DNA of 64,000 bases from Spirochaetia bacterium. GTDB lineage: Bacteria > Spirochaetota > Spirochaetia > CADAEX01. The stretch is taken from contig OY759746.1 in assembly GCA_963662795.1 (NCBI GenBank), positions 3,488,001-3,552,000 on the forward strand, written 5' to 3'. A program made the translations under genes and the position numbers. The notes under the pieces are model-generated. The model was not told where the DNA came from and made no database searches. It saw only the letters and a program-made list of their open reading frames with translations. This document shows, one piece after another, positions 49,460 through 59,433 of this stretch (position 1 is its first letter; each line of letters opens with the position of its first letter).

Positions 49460-51433
49460 CTATTTTATTCCCATAATGATGTTATAGAGGGCATAACCGC
49501 TGTTTTTGTCAGTAATTTCTTCCTCTTTTGGTTTTTCCTTGATTTCAGGAAGAACTATATCTCCATAATTTACAAGATTGAAGATATCACGGTTTTTAAT
49601 ATAGCCTTCAGAAATATATTCATCAGTTTTAGTCACATGAAACGTGCCAAGCAGATCCGCTGTCTGGTAGTTTTTCCCTATTTGTGTCCTGTCAGGGATT
49701 ACCCTGTCCTTTCTGACAATCAGGAAAGAATCCTCATCTTTTATATTGTCGTATCTGCCTAGATTTATAATTCCCCTGTCAAAATCCATCCTGATTATGC
49801 GGCCGTGAAGCCCTGAATCAATTTTCAGCTGATCGGCAAGTTTGTTAAGGCTTTCCCATATCCGGTTGTTCCCTGTAGTATTGATTTTGTATTCTTTTAT
49901 GACTGAACCGGTATAAGCTGAATAGAGCTGTGCATTTATTTCGAAAATTCTTTCTGACTCATTTATTTTTAAAATCAGGAAATAATCACACGGACTATCG
50001 GAATTGCGTGAAGCTGAAAAGGCCTGAGAATAATTATTTATTTTAAAGTCAGTATTTTTTATCTTTATTGTATCAGTATGATTAAGAATATCTGAAAAAA
50101 CACTGACAACAGTTTCTTCACCCCCGGGATGAAGCATATTGATTGAATCAATATAGAACAGATTAAAATCATACCCGTCTCTGTCAACAAGAAACTGATC
50201 TATATTCCATCGTGATGAAACAGTATTTTCATTCAGACTTTCCTCAATTTCTATAAGATCGCTGATATACTGTTTACTTTTCTCTTTTTCAGGCAGGGTT
50301 TTAAGTTCTGAAAGGTATTTTGATCTGAATCCGGATTTTAAAAAAATATTCGCATACTGCAGACGTCCATTTACTGAATACGGATTAATCAGAAGTCCTC
50401 TTCTGTAGCTGCTTAAAGCTTTCTGATTATAATTTCTCTCTTCAAGTCCCCTGCCCCGGTCAAAATGGTATTCTGCGTAGCGGTTTCGAAGCGGGTCTGT
50501 AAACTCTTTTGTTTCCCTGATGAGATTTTCAAGAGCAAAGCGGGATATTTCATCATCAGGATTTATTCGAAACGAGTCTGCATAGTATTTTAATGCCTTG
50601 TCAGAGTCACCGGTATTTTCATAAGCTTTGCCAAGCGTATATGAGACTATATTATTGGTTCTTTTTTTGTATAGCGGCTCAAGTATCTCCGGAATATGGC
50701 TGAAATCACCTTTTGCAAGCAGCAGTCTCGCAAACAGCAGGGATGATTCTGTATAATCCTGCTTTATTCTCAGGGAATCCCGTATTTTTCGCTCCGCCTG
50801 ATAAAAATCGCCGCGCTGCAGATAATGGCGGGCTGCAATATAAAGGGCAAAATAATCACCTGAGTAAAGTCTTAACACTTCCGACAGATATTTTTCTGAT
50901 TCATCGTATCTTCCCTGATAATCCGAGAGAAGTATTAAGGATAAAAGAGCTTTTTTATTTGATGGAGAAATTGAAAGAATATCAAGGTAATTTACAGTTG
51001 ATTCTGAATAGCGGCCCGTTAACAAAGCAATTTCAGCAAATCCGAAATAAGCGTTTATGTTATTGGGTTCTTTTTCATTAATATATTTAAATATTTTTTC
51101 AGACTCAGCGATTTTTCCCATTGCAAGCAGTATGCGGGCCTCCATTCCCTGAAGTTCTGTATTGTTTTTGTCAAAAATTCTGGCTGATTTAATCTGTTTA
51201 TGCGCTTCTGCGAATTCACCAAGATAAAAATAAGCTTCTGCAAGCCCTTTAACTGAATTGATGTAATCAGGATTGATTTCAAGAACAGTTTTATATTTTT
51301 CAATTGCCTTATAGTAATCGCCGTCAAGAACAAGCATATCTGCTTCACTGTTCAGGGTAAAAACATCATTTTGAGAGTATACAGACTGCAGCAGGACGAA
51401 TGTTATTGCGATTAAAAAAACTGTTTTCTTCAT
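49460..51433 (-). CDS. Exported TPR protein with C-terminal beta domain
   Basis: Signal peptide, multiple TPRs, C-terminal 'GIINLG...IK..D.F.I' segment. Confidence 0.8.
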   Translation of the reverse strand: MKKTVFLIAITFVLLQSVYSQNDVFTLNSEADMLVLDGDYYKAIEKYKTVLEINPDYINSVKGLAEAYFYLGEFAEAHKQIKSARIFDKNNTELQGMEARILLAMGKIAESEKIFKYINEKEPNNINAYFGFAEIALLTGRYSESTVNYLDILSISPSNKKALLSLILLSDYQGRYDESEKYLSEVLRLYSGDYFALYIAARHYLQRGDFYQAERKIRDSLRIKQDYTESSLLFARLLLAKGDFSHIPEILEPLYKKRTNNIVSYTLGKAYENTGDSDKALKYYADSFRINPDDEISRFALENLIRETKEFTDPLRNRYAEYHFDRGRGLEERNYNQKALSSYRRGLLINPYSVNGRLQYANIFLKSGFRSKYLSELKTLPEKEKSKQYISDLIEIEESLNENTVSSRWNIDQFLVDRDGYDFNLFYIDSINMLHPGGEETVVSVFSDILNHTDTIKIKNTDFKINNYSQAFSASRNSDSPCDYFLILKINESERIFEINAQLYSAYTGSVIKEYKINTTGNNRIWESLNKLADQLKIDSGLHGRIIRMDFDRGIINLGRYDNIKDEDSFLIVRKDRVIPDRTQIGKNYQTADLLGTFHVTKTDEYISEGYIKNRDIFNLVNYGDIVLPEIKEKPKEEEITDKNSGYALYNIIMGIK

Positions 51434-52206
51434 TGTTCCTTGCTTTTCTCAATTTTTATTGTTTTTATTTTATGGCCTTCCATGTTATTTACAATAAAAT
51501 TAACCCCTCTGTAGGAAACCTTTTCATATTTTACAGGTATTTTGCCAAATAAATCAAATACAAATCCTCCGAGCGTATCATAATCTTCATGAGGAAGATC
51601 TATATCAAGCTGTTTGTTAACATCTTCAATATATGCCCTTGTATCGCATAAATACTGGAAGTCATCAATTTTAATGATATCTTCTTCTTCATCATCAAAT
51701 TCATCCTGTATATCGCCTACTATTTCTTCGATGATATCTTCGAGGCATACAATGCCTGAAACACCGCCGTATTCGTCAACGGCAATTGCGATATGAACCC
51801 TTCTTCTCTTGAATTCATGCAGCAGCGAATTAATCCTTTTACTTTCAGGAATAAAATAGGGTACTCTTGCTATTTTTTCTATATCAATTTCCTGTTTTGT
51901 TACGATATAACGGAGCAAATCTTTTGCATAAAGAATTCCTATTACATTATCGATTGTATCCTTGTAGACAGGAAACCTGGAATGTGCGCTTTCAGTTACA
52001 GCCTGAAGCATCTCGTCCGGCGGCATATTGCTTGCTATAAATACAACATCGATCCGTGGTATCATAACCTCTTTGACTGTAGTTCCTGATAGTTCAACAA
52101 TTCCTCTAATCATGTCCTTTTCTTCATGATTTAATTCACTATAATTTTCATCTTCATCATCACGGTTCAGTCCCAATAATCTGTTTAAAAAACCACTCTT
52201 TTTCAA
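51430..52206 (-). CDS. corC: CBS-pair/CorC (HlyC) family protein
   Basis: VKEVMIPR, HSRFPVY, AVDEYGGVSGIV.LEDIIEEIVGDI.DE, DTLGG. Confidence 0.9.
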   Translation of the reverse strand: MKKSGFLNRLLGLNRDDEDENYSELNHEEKDMIRGIVELSGTTVKEVMIPRIDVVFIASNMPPDEMLQAVTESAHSRFPVYKDTIDNVIGILYAKDLLRYIVTKQEIDIEKIARVPYFIPESKRINSLLHEFKRRRVHIAIAVDEYGGVSGIVCLEDIIEEIVGDIQDEFDDEEEDIIKIDDFQYLCDTRAYIEDVNKQLDIDLPHEDYDTLGGFVFDLFGKIPVKYEKVSYRGVNFIVNNMEGHKIKTIKIEKSKEQ

Positions 52207-52670
52207 AATATTTTAACTCCTGTAAACTTTTTAAGAATATCTTCCTGTATAACAAGCATTTCCTGTTCCGGATTGTTATCACTGTGCGTATAACCGTTCA
52301 GGTGCAGAATCCCATGTATTAAAAGTCTTGTAAATTCCTCATTAATGTCAACTTTAAATTTTTCCGAGTTTTTTATAAGTGTTTCCATTGATATTACAAT
52401 GTCTCCGGCATAGACAGTTCCGTCTTCATGTACCGGGAAGCTGCTTTCTATCTGCGGGAAAGATAATACATCTGTAGGTTCGTCCTTTCCGCGAAAATCG
52501 CAATTAAGATTTTTTATAAAAGAATCGCTGCAGATAACAAGCGATAATTCCCAATTCATTATTGAGAGTATATCAAATATTTTACTGCATAACATTCTTA
52601 TTTTTTTCGCAAAAGCAGTCTTATCAGAAATAATGCCGATTTCTTCGAATTGTATATCAACCCTGTTCAT
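52203..52670 (-). CDS. ybeY: rRNA maturation endoribonuclease YbeY
   Basis: LN..FRGKD.PTDVLSF, GDIVIS, HGILHL.GY.H; start taken at ATG 52670. Confidence 0.93.
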   Translation of the reverse strand: MNRVDIQFEEIGIISDKTAFAKKIRMLCSKIFDILSIMNWELSLVICSDSFIKNLNCDFRGKDEPTDVLSFPQIESSFPVHEDGTVYAGDIVISMETLIKNSEKFKVDINEEFTRLLIHGILHLNGYTHSDNNPEQEMLVIQEDILKKFTGVKIF

Positions 52671-54897
52671 TTTTTTCCGCTTCCCTGACATCGGGATATT
52701 CAATTCTGCTGTGAAAACTTCCTGCAATGGTTTTCAAAAAGGAATCCCTTATGATTTTTAAATCATTAAAAGTCAGCTCACTTTCTGTTATCTGATCTGT
52801 CTCTATTTTTGAAAGCATTGTTTGCCATATAAATTTTTCAATTCTTGACATCGTAGGTTTTTTCAGGGCCCTTGTAGCCGCTTCCACGCTGTCGGCAAGA
52901 AGAACAACCGCGGCTTCCTTGGATCTTGGTTTACCTTCTGTGTATGAATAATCAAGCGGGGTTACTTTAGCTTTATTTTCAAGTTTAAGCGCCTGCACAT
53001 AAAAATAGGCTATAAGCCCGTTTCCATGATGCTGGGCAATAATATCGATAACAGCCTGAGGAAGGCCAAGCTCTTTTGCTTTTTCAATACCTATTTTTAC
53101 GTGCGATTTTATTACTGAAACTGACATACTTGGTTTTAAATCATCATGCTTGTTGAAAGCCTTCTGATTTTCTATAAAATATTCCGCCTGGTCAATTTTA
53201 CCGATATCATGGTAATACGCCCCGACTCTTGCAAGAAGAGGATTGGCACCTATAGCCCTGCATGCAGTTTCAGCAAGGTTTCCTACATTGAGCGAATGGC
53301 TGAATGTCCCAGGAGCACGGCTGTGCATTTTTTTCAGAACAGGATTATTCAGATCGGAAAGTTCTATCAGCCGGAATCTGGTAGGTGAATTAAGTACATG
53401 TTCAATTATCGGGAGTACACCAAGAGTAAGAATTCCTGAGAGAAATCCATTGATAAATGCAATGCCGGAAGATACAAGCAGTATCTTTACATCAAAATTT
53501 GTAAAAAACAAAAGTGTATTTATAAAGAATATATTTAAAAACCCGTTTTTTATTCCCGCATTAATAAGATCTATTCTTGTTTCTGTTTTTCTGACACAAA
53601 AAACACCGCTTATGCCGTTAAGCAGAGCGAAAAAAGATGCATACGGTGAAAAATTACCTGTAACCAGTACGATAAAACTCATGACAACCGCGAAATTTAT
53701 TCCTGCTGCCTGTGAGATAACAAGAGATAATACCATCGTAAAAAGAGGCACAGGTATTAAAAGGGCAAAATTAAACCAGTCAGGCAGGATGAAAAGCTTG
53801 AGGACAGCAAGTGTATAGATAAAAAACAATTCTGCAAGTATCAAAAGCAGTATGACCTCACCCGGATTGTTTTTCCTTAGTACTCCATTTTGTGCAAAAA
53901 GGATGATAGAGAGGAAATATATTGAAATCAGATAAAGAAATATTGCTGTCAGTTTTCTGTAGTTTGTTTTTATTACAGTACTGCCCATGGATTTGATAAT
54001 TTCCATATCCCTGTCTGTTATAATAAATCCCTTCTCTACAATAACATCTCCTTTTTTTATGCTGCTGAATACCGGTGTTGTGTTTGAAAGTACTCTTTCC
54101 CGTTTTTTTTGTGTTTCTTCAAAATCATAAAAACAGTTTTCCCTTGAAAAGATATATACAAGGTCCTTTACAAGTCTTTCTTCCTTTTCCGAATATTTAT
54201 TCAGCATTGACAAGGCAAAATCCCTTATTTTATCCCTTGTAAGCGCTTCTGAAAACCTTATATCTTCTTTTTCCCTTTTTCCGTCAGTCCATCTCCATAT
54301 CTCAAACAGCTCATCCTTTTGATAGGCACCTGCTTCACCGTTATCAGAAACCATAATGCCCCTGTTCATTGCAGCATTCAGAATTGTGCCTGACATTTCA
54401 AGTATTGAAATAGCTGACGGTTTTTCATAAAGATGCATGAGAATATTTTTATTGATATCAGGATAACGTGAAATATAATCAGAAAAAGATTTTTCCAGTT
54501 CCTTCTCATTCTTTTTTTCATCAAGGAATGCCCTGAATCTTGCGGAAAAAGCATCAAAACTGGAAACAGTTTCATCAACAATCTCTTTATAAACCTTGAA
54601 AACAGGAGTTATTTTTCTTTCAAGCTCATAATCCCGCTTTGACGTGCTTTTTTTATCAATATATTCAAAATCATATTCAGCTGTGATAGTTCTTTCAGCA
54701 ACCTTCCCTGCTTCATAGTTCTTTATTTCCATCTGATAAAAATATGAATCTACTTTTAAAAACAGGAACAAAAGGACTGAATTAATCAGTAAAGTTGAAA
54801 TAAGAAGAATGATATTAAGATCAATTTTCTTATAAATCCTGAATAACTGTATTTTGAATTTTTTATTTTTAGTCTTATTTTTCTTTTTCATATGCAT
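52657..54897 (-). CDS. 7TM-HD phosphohydrolase (PgpH-like, probable c-di-AMP phosphodiesterase)
   Basis: Extracytoplasmic domain, 7 TMs, APGTFSHS, YYHDIGK, FIENQ, QHHG, LADSVEAA. Confidence 0.88.
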   Translation of the reverse strand: MHMKKKNKTKNKKFKIQLFRIYKKIDLNIILLISTLLINSVLLFLFLKVDSYFYQMEIKNYEAGKVAERTITAEYDFEYIDKKSTSKRDYELERKITPVFKVYKEIVDETVSSFDAFSARFRAFLDEKKNEKELEKSFSDYISRYPDINKNILMHLYEKPSAISILEMSGTILNAAMNRGIMVSDNGEAGAYQKDELFEIWRWTDGKREKEDIRFSEALTRDKIRDFALSMLNKYSEKEERLVKDLVYIFSRENCFYDFEETQKKRERVLSNTTPVFSSIKKGDVIVEKGFIITDRDMEIIKSMGSTVIKTNYRKLTAIFLYLISIYFLSIILFAQNGVLRKNNPGEVILLLILAELFFIYTLAVLKLFILPDWFNFALLIPVPLFTMVLSLVISQAAGINFAVVMSFIVLVTGNFSPYASFFALLNGISGVFCVRKTETRIDLINAGIKNGFLNIFFINTLLFFTNFDVKILLVSSGIAFINGFLSGILTLGVLPIIEHVLNSPTRFRLIELSDLNNPVLKKMHSRAPGTFSHSLNVGNLAETACRAIGANPLLARVGAYYHDIGKIDQAEYFIENQKAFNKHDDLKPSMSVSVIKSHVKIGIEKAKELGLPQAVIDIIAQHHGNGLIAYFYVQALKLENKAKVTPLDYSYTEGKPRSKEAAVVLLADSVEAATRALKKPTMSRIEKFIWQTMLSKIETDQITESELTFNDLKIIRDSFLKTIAGSFHSRIEYPDVREAEKNEQG

Positions 54898-55843
54898 CGA
54901 TAATTTTTTTGATTAAAGGATTTCTCATTACATCTTCTGAAGAAAAAAAAGAAAATCCTATTTCGTTTATATGAGCAAGCATATTGACTGCATGGATAAG
55001 GCCGGAATGTTTTTTGTTCGGGAGATCAATCTGCGTAATATCTCCTGTGATTATGGCTCTGGAGTCTTCGGCAATCCTTGTCAGAAACATTTTCATCTGT
55101 TCTTTAGTCGTATTCTGTGCTTCATCAAGTATTATAAAAGAGTCTGAAAGACTCCGTCCCCTCATGTATGCAAGAGGAGCAATTTCTATTGTCCTGGTTT
55201 CTTCAAGTTTTGAAATCATCTCAAAAGGGATAAGTGATTCCATTGCGTCGTACAAAGGCCTAAGGTAAGGGTTGATTTTCTGTGCAAGATCTCCCGGAAG
55301 AAATCCGAGGCTCTCGCCGGCTTCTACTACAGGCCTGGTAAGAATAAGTTTTCTCTTTTTTTTCTGGAGTATTTCGCTTAATGCTTTTGCAACTGCGAGA
55401 TATGTTTTACCTGTACCTGCAGGACCCACCGCAAAAATTATGTCATTTTCCATAAATTTCTTTAAAAGCGATATCTGGTTATAACTTCTGGGATAAACTC
55501 TTTTACTGCTCCCCGGTATTATAAGCTCGAGATCCTCAATTTCATTTTTAAGATTTTCCCTGTATCCGTTTAACTGCTGATAACAGATACTTGAATAAAT
55601 ACCTTTGATCAGATCAGGGCCTGGAATGCAGCCTCTTTCTGTGTAATCCTGGAGTTTTTCAATAATTTTATTGAACTGGTCCTGTTTTTCATTGTTATCC
55701 GAGGAAAAATATATTTCGTTTCCTATTGTATATACATGGGAGCCAAGCAAGTCTTCAATCAGCCTTAGATTGGAATCATTGGATCCGCAAAGGTCCGAAA
55801 GCTTTTTATGGTTATCAAGTACTACTGAATATTTATCTTTCAA
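54875..55843 (-). CDS. phoH: PhoH-family ATPase
   Basis: GPAGTGKTYLA, RPVVEAGE.LGFLPG, PLAYMRGR, LDEAQN, TGD.TQIDL. Confidence 0.95.
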   Translation of the reverse strand: MKDKYSVVLDNHKKLSDLCGSNDSNLRLIEDLLGSHVYTIGNEIYFSSDNNEKQDQFNKIIEKLQDYTERGCIPGPDLIKGIYSSICYQQLNGYRENLKNEIEDLELIIPGSSKRVYPRSYNQISLLKKFMENDIIFAVGPAGTGKTYLAVAKALSEILQKKKRKLILTRPVVEAGESLGFLPGDLAQKINPYLRPLYDAMESLIPFEMISKLEETRTIEIAPLAYMRGRSLSDSFIILDEAQNTTKEQMKMFLTRIAEDSRAIITGDITQIDLPNKKHSGLIHAVNMLAHINEIGFSFFSSEDVMRNPLIKKIIDAYEKEK

Positions 55844-55861
55844 ATTTATCCCTTGAAATTG

Positions 55862-55891
55862 ATTCTATAAAGCAATTTCTTATAAAGTCAA
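55862..55891 (-). promoter_or_regulatory. Putative promoter of the phoH operon
   Basis: Minus strand TTGACT-N18-TAGAAT. Confidence 0.5.
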
Positions 55892-55911
55892 GCATCATTA
55901 CCTATTATATA

Positions 55912-58900
55912 TTAGAATGAGATATCATTGTTATTTATTTTAATTTCAGTTTTTATTTCTTTTATGGGGTTCCACTGCATCATTATTGTTGTTTCCGATT
56001 TCCATTGCCACTCCGGTACACCGGTAGAAGGCTGATAAAGATCTGGTGCGCCGCTGTACTGAAGGGTTAAATCCCAGTCTCCAAGGTGGTGAACGGCCTT
56101 TACTTCTACTTCCTTAAGCTTGAAAAAAGACTCATATCGGTCATTGCTGCCGTCAAAAAAGTTAAATGATTTCATGAGATCAGAGAAGGGATTTACCGTC
56201 TCTTCCCCAAGCTGCCTTGCATAGGACGGAAAATATCTGTACGTGCTGTTGTTTTCAGATTTTGAATTAAAGCTTAGATCAAGGAATTTATGTATATTCA
56301 TTTCAAATCCAAAATCAAAAACCAGCGAGTTTTCCGTGAATTCCTGCAGATCCATTACCCAGCTTGTCAGGATATTTGTTTTGTATCTTACCCTGTTTTT
56401 CCAGACCGGCATAAAATATCTGGTAAAATCAATCGTAGCGGAAAATTCCGAGGGGACAAATTTTTCAGTATCTCCTTCAATCCATCCGAAACCTGATTGA
56501 TATTCCATGGGATATTTTCTTTCCGCCTTATATTTTGTTTCAAAAAACCATAAATTCAACAATGATGACATTTCAAGAGGAGAGCTTTCAGGGAATCCGT
56601 ACTCATAACTCTGCATGAAAAACACTTCATCATATAAAAAACTGATTCTGCCGATAGTTTCACTGCTATCCCACTCATCGTTTTCACCGTCATAAATTGT
56701 TATCTGTTCAAGATATGTTTTGTTGTCATAGGATAATTTCTCTTTCCACGTGAAATCACCGTATTCCCAGTTGTCCTCTGTTTTTTCATAGGCTTTAAAA
56801 TTCAAGGTTGAAGTAAGCGGTCCGGTTCTTATGATATCTTCATTCTCTACTTCCTGAAGAAGCGGAGGAAGAACAGTTATTATTCTGAAATGCTGTATCT
56901 GGTTCCAGTTTGCAAGGTATTTAAGATTGAAATCAGCTTCATGTTCCGTAAAATATTCTTTATCAAACTGAAAATATGAATCTTTATAAACAGGATTATC
57001 TGAGTTATCAAGATACTCAAATTCTTTTTTTGCAAGAATCGTATTAACCTGATAAGTAAAAAAAGACTGGTCATACATGTCGTATTTTAACAGGGGATAA
57101 ACCGTAAAGAGGGATTTATTTTGAATTTTAAGATATGATGCCTTATAATCCTGCAACAGATAACTGTCCCAAGCAGTATCTTCAATACTGTCAGACCTGT
57201 TGTAATGTATTCTGTAATCTTCGGTTAATATTAAATTGTTTGTGAAACTGGTGAAATCCTCATATAAATCAGCTTCATATGTAACATTTGCGTTACCGTA
57301 TATCCTCATAGCTGAATATGCCTGTTCAAAGGTTACCTCATCTGGTTCTTCCCACTCTGAATAATCCATTGTTTCTGTTACAGATATACTTGGAGAAATT
57401 GAATATGACATTCCATGCTGGAAAAATTTTCTCCTTTTGTATAGTTTTACAGATTCATCATTCATTTTTTCATATTCAAGCACTCTTTCAGATACATCTG
57501 AATTATATTTCTCGCCTTCGTCAGAAGAAGCGGAAGACTTTTCACTCTGCCATGGTTCAAGAAGTTCTCCGGTACCCGGGTCATCTGTCTTTTCAAAATC
57601 AGTGTTTTTATGAAATGAATCATAACTCCTGCTGAAAATATTTCCTTTTACGGTAAACGAAAGATCCGGGAATTTATAATATTCGGGATAATAAAAATAC
57701 TGCTGCGGGAAAAAATAATCCGTCCTTGCATAATAGGGAATATATCCGTCAAGCTCCGGATCTGTACCGGAAAAACCTGTATCGGACTGTTTTTTATTTT
57801 TCCAGTTAAGTGAAAAATCAATTCTTGAAATATTTATATCAGTAATAAATCCTCCCAGGTAATCTTCAGAAATATTATAGGATCCGTGGAAATACCACCA
57901 CAATCTGTCAAGAATTCCTGTATCTATATCAGAATCGGAATCTTCATCTTCTTCTTCAAGCCCCAGAACTTTACTCCAGTCTGTTTTTTCGGCCCTCTCA
58001 TTAAAATCTCGCAGAAAATATGGGTCAGAGTACAAATCAAGATAAAGAGAATATTGGAATTCTTTGTATGTGTTTTCCATGTCAAGATTAGCACCGAAAC
58101 GGAACGGAATATTATATTTAAGAAAATTAGAGTCATTCCACGAACTTTTAAACTCACCATCCTCGTTTTCATAAAACGGTGTATATGCATTCCCGGGACT
58201 GATATATATATTTCTGCTTCTGGCAAGTCCAGCATAAAAATCAGCAGAATCTGTCTTGCCTTCTATTCCGCTGAAAAAGCCGAGTCTTGAGTATGCGTCA
58301 AACATTATTTTAATATAATTTTCATCTTCAGATATCTCTTCCTTTTTTTCCTTTTTCTTTAAAAATATACCGTTAAGCTCTGTTTCATATTTAGCGTCCT
58401 CCTCTGTCAGCGCAAGAAAAGAGAGATTCTGACTTGTTTCAGGCTCTCCGAGCAGATAGGTTGTTGTCTGGAGGAAATAACCGTGAGGTATTTTCATGCC
58501 GAAAGCAGGATTAAAAACAAGTTTATCACCGGGATGGAAAAAGAACGGAAAATAAAAAACCGGTACATGTCCGACATATAATACAGCGTTTTTGACACCC
58601 CACTCCCCTGGAGCAAGTACCCAGATTCTTTTTGCCTTGATGTTATAATAGGGGTCTTCGGGTTTGCTTGACGTTATTTCGGCTTTATCCAGTATTACCA
58701 GATCATTTTCGGATCTGTAGATCCTTTTTCCGGAATAAAGAAAGGTAAGTTCATTTCCGTCCTGTTCCTTAATTTTTTCAGAAGTACCTTCGATGAAAAT
58801 ACCTTCCCAATTGGTAATATTGAATGACAGTTTTTCACCCCGGAATATTTCGTCACCTTCTTTCCCTTTTCTTGTATAGTTAACATTACCGAATGCTGTT

Positions 58901-59433
58901 ATAAGATTGTTTTCCTGGTTCAGGATTATCCTGTCGGTTTTTATTATATGTGTTGTCTGCTTTTTTTTGTCTTCCATCGTTACAACAACGTTGCCGCTGA
59001 TTTTTATATAATTTTCATCAATTTTTTCTATATTGAAATATTCTGTTCTTTCTGCTGATTCTATCATCAGGGTGTTTTTTTCTTCTGCCTTGCCATCATC
59101 TGTTAATTCAGCCTGACTATAATAATCATAAAGTCTCTTCTGCAGATCTTTTTTACCCCCTTTTTCGTCAAGTCCCAGGTATCTGCACCATGCAGCAAGT
59201 TCATAAAAATCTGCAGTAGAAATATCTGTGCTTAAAGTTTTCTGAAAAAGTGTTTTATCCGGCTCATCCGCGGGAAGGTTCTGATCCGCAGACTGGTAAT
59301 CAGCTGTAGAACCGGACAGAGATTCATTCTGATTTGCAGCCTGGGGATAAGCAGGTGATATTTTTACAATAAAAAAAAAGAGGAAAATCAGTTTTATGGA
59401 AATACTATTTTTATATATTTCCATCAACGTCAT
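55912..59433 (-). CDS. lptD: LptD-like outer-membrane assembly protein (spirochaete type)
   Basis: Signal peptide, beta-jellyroll (ITAFGNV, YY.IKAKRIW, LYVG.VPVFYFPF), long beta-rich barrel ending in F; overlaps the uvrA stop. Confidence 0.75.
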   Translation of the reverse strand: MTLMEIYKNSISIKLIFLFFFIVKISPAYPQAANQNESLSGSTADYQSADQNLPADEPDKTLFQKTLSTDISTADFYELAAWCRYLGLDEKGGKKDLQKRLYDYYSQAELTDDGKAEEKNTLMIESAERTEYFNIEKIDENYIKISGNVVVTMEDKKKQTTHIIKTDRIILNQENNLITAFGNVNYTRKGKEGDEIFRGEKLSFNITNWEGIFIEGTSEKIKEQDGNELTFLYSGKRIYRSENDLVILDKAEITSSKPEDPYYNIKAKRIWVLAPGEWGVKNAVLYVGHVPVFYFPFFFHPGDKLVFNPAFGMKIPHGYFLQTTTYLLGEPETSQNLSFLALTEEDAKYETELNGIFLKKKEKKEEISEDENYIKIMFDAYSRLGFFSGIEGKTDSADFYAGLARSRNIYISPGNAYTPFYENEDGEFKSSWNDSNFLKYNIPFRFGANLDMENTYKEFQYSLYLDLYSDPYFLRDFNERAEKTDWSKVLGLEEEDEDSDSDIDTGILDRLWWYFHGSYNISEDYLGGFITDINISRIDFSLNWKNKKQSDTGFSGTDPELDGYIPYYARTDYFFPQQYFYYPEYYKFPDLSFTVKGNIFSRSYDSFHKNTDFEKTDDPGTGELLEPWQSEKSSASSDEGEKYNSDVSERVLEYEKMNDESVKLYKRRKFFQHGMSYSISPSISVTETMDYSEWEEPDEVTFEQAYSAMRIYGNANVTYEADLYEDFTSFTNNLILTEDYRIHYNRSDSIEDTAWDSYLLQDYKASYLKIQNKSLFTVYPLLKYDMYDQSFFTYQVNTILAKKEFEYLDNSDNPVYKDSYFQFDKEYFTEHEADFNLKYLANWNQIQHFRIITVLPPLLQEVENEDIIRTGPLTSTLNFKAYEKTEDNWEYGDFTWKEKLSYDNKTYLEQITIYDGENDEWDSSETIGRISFLYDEVFFMQSYEYGFPESSPLEMSSLLNLWFFETKYKAERKYPMEYQSGFGWIEGDTEKFVPSEFSATIDFTRYFMPVWKNRVRYKTNILTSWVMDLQEFTENSLVFDFGFEMNIHKFLDLSFNSKSENNSTYRYFPSYARQLGEETVNPFSDLMKSFNFFDGSNDRYESFFKLKEVEVKAVHHLGDWDLTLQYSGAPDLYQPSTGVPEWQWKSETTIMMQWNPIKEIKTEIKINNNDISF

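Noticed and set aside
28580-54897. DHH and PgpH-like phosphodiesterases as a c-di-AMP module
   Set aside because: They are ~23 kb apart in unrelated operons with no diadenylate cyclase in the window; phoH-pgpH-ybeY is a common arrangement.
5788-55891. Apparent preference for 18-bp promoter spacers (5788, 8750, 11626, 25819, 55862)
   Set aside because: Other good candidates (ssrA, OMP, gap) have 17 bp; the sample is small, hand-picked and lacks TSS data.
59371-59379. A9 tract near the lptD 5' end, and other 8-9-nt runs
   Set aside because: Reading frames are intact, and such runs are frequent in this AT-rich DNA.
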